32,000 nt of DNA from Gammaproteobacteria bacterium (GTDB taxonomy: Bacteria > Pseudomonadota > Gammaproteobacteria > Pseudomonadales > Pseudohongiellaceae): the NCBI GenBank assembly GCA_002711845.1, contig PASF01000002.1, forward strand, positions 1 through 32,000, read 5' to 3'. The notes under the pieces are model-generated. The model was not told the DNA's origin, ran no database searches, and worked only from the letters and a program-made list of their open reading frames with translations. The translations under genes were made by a program, and so were the position numbers. How positions within the stretch are numbered: the stretch's first letter is position 1; each line of letters opens with the position of its first letter. Positions 24,241 to 32,000 of this stretch are shown in pieces.

Positions 24241-26243
24241 TAAAGCGGTAGCGCCATGTCCCACACCTCAACTCGATGCAGAGGGTCGGGTCGCTCCGAT
24301 CTGACTTCAAATACTACCCTATCCTTGTACATGCGGCCGTGGCGATCGGTGCTGGTTACTTCCATTATATGCACACCTGGCGCAAGATCCGCTGGTAGCT
24401 GTGCGCGCCATAAATGCATGTTGCGGTCTGCTATTGCCGTCTGTGGTTGCGGTGGTCCCTGAAAGCGTGATCCGCGGTAGGCTTCATAACCCTGGGTTCT
24501 ATCGGTGCCCATGGTGCTTTCGATGGCAAAACGGCCCACCGTCGACTGGCGTTTAACGGTAAAAGGGTCGGCAAACTCTGCGCCGATATAGGCCGACTCG
24601 CCTCGACCTTGCTGGGTTCGAGTCATGGTCAGCGGTTCGCCTCCATTGATAGTCGCTACCACGCGCGTTTCGACACTGCCGTTCCACACGTTGGCCGTGA
24701 CGTAGACTCCCTGTTGCAACTCTTGTGGTGTGAGAATACGGGTGTCTGCCAGATCATTGATCGACACTGGTGGGGTCGGGTTGCGTTCTTGTGCTGGTTG
24801 CCCCCGCCAGCTTTGAAGATGATCAAACCAGGTACGAAACGCAGGGGTGTTGAAGTCGACCCACTGGCCACGTCGCGGGTCGATTCGTGACCCGATATAA
24901 TGTTCTTCGTAGGCCGCACCCTGAAACTTAAGCATCAGCAAGCCCTTGGGCGCCCCCATTCGTTGTAAGGCCATGGCGTCTCCATCGAGTGCCAGGTCTC
25001 CCTGCCACCAGTGTCCGGACGCTGCACCGGCAACGATGTGGCGAAAGGGTGCTGTACTTACACCCAGCGCCTGCTGCCAGCCCCCAAATGACTCACCCGG
25101 GGCAATGTTTTCCAGCGTATGAAGATGTCCCGACAGGGACAAGGCTTCACGGCCTTCCAGCAGTTCATGGATACGTGCTGTGGCGTCATCCTGGTGCTGG
25201 TAGGAGTCTGACCCGTAGAATGAGAGCATAGGGCCGTGGTGCGCCATCACTACCAGCCTGTCTTCGGGGATGTGTGTAAGCAGGTTGTCCAGCCACTGCA
25301 ATTGCGTATCGTGAACTCGAACGTTGTAAACGGGGCGGGGAGATTCTACACAGAATTCGCGGCCTGGCATGCGCAGGTCATCTTCGCCACAGGGATAAAC
25401 GATGTTGTCCAGAACTACAAAAGTGACTTCACCTATTTCGTAGGCATAATAAGTGGGGCCGTATATGCGCCGCCAGGAGTCTGAAGAGTCGGCATCGCTG
25501 GTGGCGTCAAAGTCGATGTCGTGATTGCCCAGTGCCATCCATTGCGGCACACCTACTACCGAACCGACTTCCAGCAGGCGTTCCAGCACATCCAGGTCGT
25601 CACCCACCACATCGCCCAGATAAAGCAGACAATCGTTGCCATCCAGATCCATCTGCACCAGATCAGCGATGGCACTGTCCCGGAACTGGCTTACTTCACC
25701 ATTGGAGTATGTCTGGCTGTCGCCGATGGCGGCGCAAGTGAAGCCGTCCCCGGTTTGCGGTGCCCGGCGCAGAGGAAAATTGACTTCGGCAGGGGCCGGG
25801 CCAGTGTCCGGCAGGCCGCCGAAGCGCAGCGCTACAGGTGTACCGCCAGGTTTGTGAATGTAACCAAACTGCGGCACCATGCGATGGTCGACTGGCACCT
25901 GCCAGCCAGCGGGCTGCACAACCGTCAGGTCCATGTCGGGCCGCACCGCAATCCGGTAGCGGCCAGTGTTGTCGGTGCGCACCACCTCAAGGCCGTTGCT
26001 CACCAGCACGCCAGCCACCCCTGCTTCGTTGTTCTGACGACGGCTGTCGCCATTACTGTCCTCAAACACATAACCACTGATGGTCTGGCCGGTGTTGTTG
26101 CCCGCAACGACTTCAACGCTACCCTGCCAGGTCTGGGCCGTGGCGACAGCGCTGACAGTTATGCAGAGCGTAGCTCCCAGCGCTGCGATTGCTGGGCGCA
26201 TGCTGGATGCGAAGGATGGTTTGCACAATTCAGACAAAGACAT
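24240..26243 (-). CDS. Secreted calcineurin-like metallophosphoesterase with an N-terminal Cna-B/carboxypeptidase-regulatory-like beta-sandwich
   Basis: Metallophosphatase motifs are AIGDSQ, LYLGDVVGDD, ALGNHD, MAHHGP and SGHLH. The N-terminal segment SGYVFEDSNGDSRRQ...GRYRI is typical of the beta-sandwich domain that precedes these enzymes. The signal-like MRPAIAALGATLCITVSAVATAQ suggests the true start may be ATG 26201. Confidence 0.85.
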   Translation of the reverse strand: MSLSELCKPSFASSMRPAIAALGATLCITVSAVATAQTWQGSVEVVAGNNTGQTISGYVFEDSNGDSRRQNNEAGVAGVLVSNGLEVVRTDNTGRYRIAVRPDMDLTVVQPAGWQVPVDHRMVPQFGYIHKPGGTPVALRFGGLPDTGPAPAEVNFPLRRAPQTGDGFTCAAIGDSQTYSNGEVSQFRDSAIADLVQMDLDGNDCLLYLGDVVGDDLDVLERLLEVGSVVGVPQWMALGNHDIDFDATSDADSSDSWRRIYGPTYYAYEIGEVTFVVLDNIVYPCGEDDLRMPGREFCVESPRPVYNVRVHDTQLQWLDNLLTHIPEDRLVVMAHHGPMLSFYGSDSYQHQDDATARIHELLEGREALSLSGHLHTLENIAPGESFGGWQQALGVSTAPFRHIVAGAASGHWWQGDLALDGDAMALQRMGAPKGLLMLKFQGAAYEEHYIGSRIDPRRGQWVDFNTPAFRTWFDHLQSWRGQPAQERNPTPPVSINDLADTRILTPQELQQGVYVTANVWNGSVETRVVATINGGEPLTMTRTQQGRGESAYIGAEFADPFTVKRQSTVGRFAIESTMGTDRTQGYEAYRGSRFQGPPQPQTAIADRNMHLWRAQLPADLAPGVHIMEVTSTDRHGRMYKDRVVFEVRSERPDPLHRVEVWDMALPL

Positions 26244-26679
26244 TATATAACCCCGGACGCAACGAAAGGCGCCCTATCGTTATTGTTGGTGTTCTGTTGA
26301 TACCATGAATTTGTGACGATATTAAAACACCGCGCAGGGTTATCCTTATGCTTCACCGAGGTTTGCTAAGAACGCTATCCCGGGCCAAAGACAGGCTTGA
26401 TCCTGCTACAGTGCAGTCCCCCCGAATATCCGGTCTAGTTATAAGGAGAAAGCACCGGGCGTCGCACCGAAAATACTCATATTGGACTACAAATCATTAC
26501 TATTTGGATAATGTTTTGTTGATCCGTGAGGCTCCCGGAAAGGCGAAGTGCTAACTCTACTGAGCACCGATCCGGTCTCGCTGGGGCTTACAAACTGATC
26601 GCAGCTACGGGGCCATTTTCCCAGGGAGATTCGTATAGGCTATTATTGTATAAGCGCGACCTGAGCCCATGAGTGCTAA

Positions 26680-27050
26680 TTCTAAGTTTTCCCAGACTTT
26701 TACAAAATAAGGCTAATGACCCGAGTTGCTTAGTAGAGTATGAATCTAGGTCTTCCGAGCGGGTCAAACCGTATAATTGGGAGGTGGTATCTGCTTGTAT
26801 TTAATAAAGAAATCCAGCTTATGATTCAACCGTAAAGAAATTGCCAAGTTATGGGTGTATTCAGTGGATTTCCAGGGAAGCATAAGCTAGAAAAAATTCA
26901 ATAAAATCAACAGTCGTCAAAGCCACCTTTTTTGTACCCCCACATTGTGTGGGGCAACCCATACGTTGACTTTGCCCTATACGCCAATCAAGCTGAAATA
27001 GCAATCAGCTTGATTGGATCGGCTTTTAAATACATTTAAAAAACAACGTG
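26680..27050 (+). repeat. Structured non-coding repeat X2 (paralog of X1)
   Basis: Shared blocks include CCAGCTTATGAT / GCCAAGTTATGGGTGT / ATTTCCA / CATAAGCTAGAAAAAATTCAATAAAATCAA / CCCATACGTTGAC, then a perfect 13-bp hairpin at 26984-27017, then AAATACATTTAAAAAACAA. Confidence 0.6.
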
Positions 27051-27238
27051 TTACGGCTATCTCCTGATCACGCTAGTGCCTGTTTTTCAGGATCTCGCCT
27101 TCGTCTGACGGGTGAGTGGCAAGAAGCGCCGCACTCGTATGAAGCGCCAAACCACACACATCCAACGGGCTTGCTATCGAGGTCGTCGTCACAGCCACTA
27201 GGGTGTTGTATGCCCAGTGGCCTAAGTCGACTACTGAC

Positions 27239-29911
<2,673 letters not shown>

Positions 29912-30076
29912 CGCACGACTACTCCTGGCTAATAAAATTAAAAGGTAGCTCTCCAGCGAGGTAATGTCCAGTCGCCTCTCCTGAAGGCGTCGGGTACCAC
30001 CCAGTGCAACGCGCTTTAATTTCTGGTTGTCAGCCAATCAGGTTGAGCCCGAACGGTCGTGCTGTAAACGACAAAG

Positions 30077-30829
30077 CTACAAAACTTCGTCTACAGCCCC
30101 CGGCTCACTGGCATACTCAAGTCCCAACTCATGACGCCTTGAATCCACCCAGGCCAGGAACTCCAGATTGACCTCTTTGGAGGTCTTGCCGGTGGTCTGT
30201 ATGGGTTGACCGATTATCAGCTTGATGGTGCCGGGGTTCTTGCGCGTAGTGCCGGCGGGCCAGTGCTTGCCGGCGTTATGCAGCGCCGGGATGACCTCGG
30301 TTTCTGTTGCCACCGCCAGTTGCGCCCCGCCCCGCGAGAACTTGCCAAGCTTGCCCGTGGGTGCCCGGGTCCCCTCTGGAAATACCAGGACCGACGCCCC
30401 TTCCTGCAGGCGTTCTGCACCCTGCTTCAACAATGATTTGCCGGCTTCCCGGGGTTTGCTGCGATCAATCGCTATTGGTCGCTGCAGGCGCAGCGCCCAT
30501 CCCCAGAAAGGAATCTCCAGCAATTCTTTTTTCAGTATCGGGCACACCGGCGTGAACAATTGATACAGAAAAATGGTTTCCCAGGTGCTTTGATGATTAC
30601 TGAAAATGATCACTGGGTAATCAGGAATATTCTCTTTGCCCTCGATCTCATACGTGACATTGCTGGTGATGCGCAGCCAGACGATGACCATTCGGCACCA
30701 CAATGCATACAGATAGTATCGGCGCCTGGGCGGCAACAGCCAGAACAGGGAAATGATCAACACCGAAATGATGAAGGTAAGGCCGGCATATCCCAGAAAG
30801 AATAAGACTGAACGAATCTTGCTGATCAT
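30077..30829 (-). CDS. plsC: 1-acyl-sn-glycerol-3-phosphate acyltransferase
   Basis: It has an N-terminal TM helix, the acyltransferase block SNHQSTWETIF (HX4-acidic) and the VFPEGTRAP block. Its ATG overlaps the gmhB stop (TAATG). Confidence 0.9.
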   Translation of the reverse strand: MISKIRSVLFFLGYAGLTFIISVLIISLFWLLPPRRRYYLYALWCRMVIVWLRITSNVTYEIEGKENIPDYPVIIFSNHQSTWETIFLYQLFTPVCPILKKELLEIPFWGWALRLQRPIAIDRSKPREAGKSLLKQGAERLQEGASVLVFPEGTRAPTGKLGKFSRGGAQLAVATETEVIPALHNAGKHWPAGTTRKNPGTIKLIIGQPIQTTGKTSKEVNLEFLAWVDSRRHELGLEYASEPGAVDEVL

Positions 30830-31380
30830 TACGAATCCGATTTTATCAATGAGTTGGCGAAAGCGGCCAGATCGTCATACACAGCGGTGTCGGCCAGTGG
30901 CGCCGGCAGCCCATCGGTGACCGTAAACGATCCCTTCCCGGTTAGCACCAGTACTGGCTGACACCCGGCACTTTGGCCAGCCTGGAGATCGCGTAAACTG
31001 TCCCCAACAAACGGTACATTGGCTACGGAGATATTCAGCTCCTGTGCTATCTGGTGCACCAGCCCAGGCAAGGGTTTGCGACACAGGCAATTGTCATCAG
31101 GGCCATGCGGGCAATAAAAGAAACCGGCGATCATGCCGCCAAGCGCTTCGACCTGATCATTGATGGACTGGTGAATCCTGGCCAGTGCAAGCTCATCAAA
31201 CAGACCGCGCGCAATGCCCGATTGATTGGTCGCCACCACGATCTGATAGCCGGCTTTATACAGACGGGCAATGGCGTCGATGCTACCCGGGATCGGGATG
31301 CACTCGTCGTCAGTTTTGATGAAGGCGTCGGAGTCTTCGTTGATAACGCCGTCACGATCCAGGATTATCAGTTTATTCAT
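30829..31380 (-). CDS. gmhB: D-glycero-D-manno-heptose 1,7-bisphosphate phosphatase (HAD family)
   Basis: Diagnostic segments are LIILDRDGVIN, VVATNQSGIARG, the zinc-loop YCPHGPDDNCLCRKP and VGDSLRDLQAG. The protein closely parallels E. coli GmhB as I recall it. I prefer the start at ATG 31380 (MNKLIILDRDG). Confidence 0.9.
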   Translation of the reverse strand: MNKLIILDRDGVINEDSDAFIKTDDECIPIPGSIDAIARLYKAGYQIVVATNQSGIARGLFDELALARIHQSINDQVEALGGMIAGFFYCPHGPDDNCLCRKPLPGLVHQIAQELNISVANVPFVGDSLRDLQAGQSAGCQPVLVLTGKGSFTVTDGLPAPLADTAVYDDLAAFANSLIKSDS

Positions 31381-31434
31381 TGGATTGGTACGCACAACAA
31401 CTATAGGAATAGCACCACCGCCTGCAATGTCGGC

Positions 31435-32000
31435 CTATGCCTTATGCAGGCAGGAAATATCAGCCACATGCAGGAACAGGGTCCGTAGCTCGCGCAGCAG
31501 CGCCAAGCGGTTCTGCCGCACGGCGCTGTCGTCATCCATGACCAGCACGTCATCAAAAAACGTATCGACAACCGAGCGCATGCCGGCCAGCGCTTCAAGG
31601 CCTTTGGTGTAGTCCCGCTGCCGGAACATGGGAGCAACGGTCTGCGCCAGGCGGTCAAGCTGTTCGGCAAGCGCAATCTCGGCACTCTCAGTGAGCAGGG
31701 ACTTGTCAATGGTATCGGCGATGTCCCCTTCCTGCTTCTGCAATATATTGGACACACGTTTGTTGGCTGCGGCCAGCGCGCCGCTTTCCGGCAGACTGCT
31801 GAATTGCTGCACGGCCGCGACGCGCAGCGCGAAGTCGAGGGGCTTGGCGGGTTTAAGCTCCATTACCGCCTGGAAGACTTCGGCCGATACGCCCTCGGCA
31901 GTGTACCAGGCGCGGAACCGTTCCAGCATGAACTCAAATATTCGTATAGATGTGTCATCTGGCACTGTTAAGCCCTGGCTGGTATACGCGGCCAGCGCTT
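31435..32000 (-). CDS. glyS: Glycine--tRNA ligase beta subunit, C-terminal part (gene continues off the right edge)
   Basis: The C-terminus ...FFDDVLVMDDDSAVRQNRLALLRELRTLFLHVADISCLHKA* matches the conserved GlyS C-terminal end (E. coli ...NRLALL..LF..VADISLLQ). The reading frame is open to nt 32000. Confidence 0.9.
   Translation of the reverse strand, partial: ALAAYTSQGLTVPDDTSIRIFEFMLERFRAWYTAEGVSAEVFQAVMELKPAKPLDFALRVAAVQQFSSLPESGALAAANKRVSNILQKQEGDIADTIDKSLLTESAEIALAEQLDRLAQTVAPMFRQRDYTKGLEALAGMRSVVDTFFDDVLVMDDDSAVRQNRLALLRELRTLFLHVADISCLHKA

Noticed and set aside
24001-24264. 87-aa minus-strand ORF at the island junction
   Set aside because: The region is better explained by the plus-strand IS3-type orfA remnant (MKKTKHTEQQLAFALKQA...) and the 3' end of the phosphoesterase gene.
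24989-26300. Several long plus-strand ORFs (up to 259 aa) antisense to the metallophosphoesterase
   Set aside because: These are typical GC-rich antisense shadow ORFs with Arg/Ala/Pro/His-rich composition. The minus-strand frame carries the complete set of metallophosphatase motifs.
26400-26640. Possible cobalamin riboswitch in the long 5' leader of the metallophosphoesterase (the minus strand reads AAGCCCCAGCGAGACCGGATCGG, B12-box-like, preceded by CTGGGAAAATGG)
   Set aside because: Only the B12-box-like segment and one GGGAA element are visible. I could not find the conserved GGTG...AA.TCC...GCCCCCGC.ACTGT core upstream, and the downstream gene is not a usual B12-regulon member. An Infernal scan with RF00174 would settle it. 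The ~560-nt leader itself remains unexplained.

Overview
The window has two parts. Positions 1 to ~24,240 are a low-GC (by eye) accessory island littered with IS fragments. Positions ~24,240-32,000 are a GC-rich conserved gammaproteobacterial block, all on the minus strand: metallophosphoesterase, M14 peptidase, plsC, gmhB and the 3' part of glyS. The plsC-gmhB-glyS order matches what I recall for Pseudomonas. Island cargo: (1) A tightly coupled four-gene minus-strand operon (5104 down to 226) encoding a PRTase-fold protein, a 630-aa ORC/Cdc6-like P-loop ATPase, a 314-aa unknown Rossmann-like protein and a gamma-class N6-adenine DNA methyltransferase, with no recognisable nuclease. This is my best candidate for an undescribed methylation-linked conflict/defence system. 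(2) An intact, canonical, auto-inhibited Fic AMPylase just upstream, plus an internally deleted Fic paralog 6.5 kb away. (3) A higher-GC patch with three unknown genes and a secreted alpha/beta hydrolase. (4) A cytoplasmic GxSxG lipase-like protein translationally coupled to a secreted unknown protein. (5) A divergent pair of unknowns. (6) A second, orphan 579-aa P-loop ATPase of the same broad type, abutted by IS debris. (7) A ~1,800-aa secreted mosaic protein with two FGE-sulfatase-like domains, a class-3 lipase core, five InlB-B-like repeats and a C-terminal beta-sandwich-like tail. Non-coding structure: four copies of an IS3-like left-end repeat, including one ~240-bp internally deleted IS, and a ~260-380-bp structured repeat rich in CTTATG/CATAAG motifs that flanks the metallophosphoesterase gene in direct orientation. 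I found no rRNA, tRNA or CRISPR array. All function calls rest on motifs read by eye; no database search was run.
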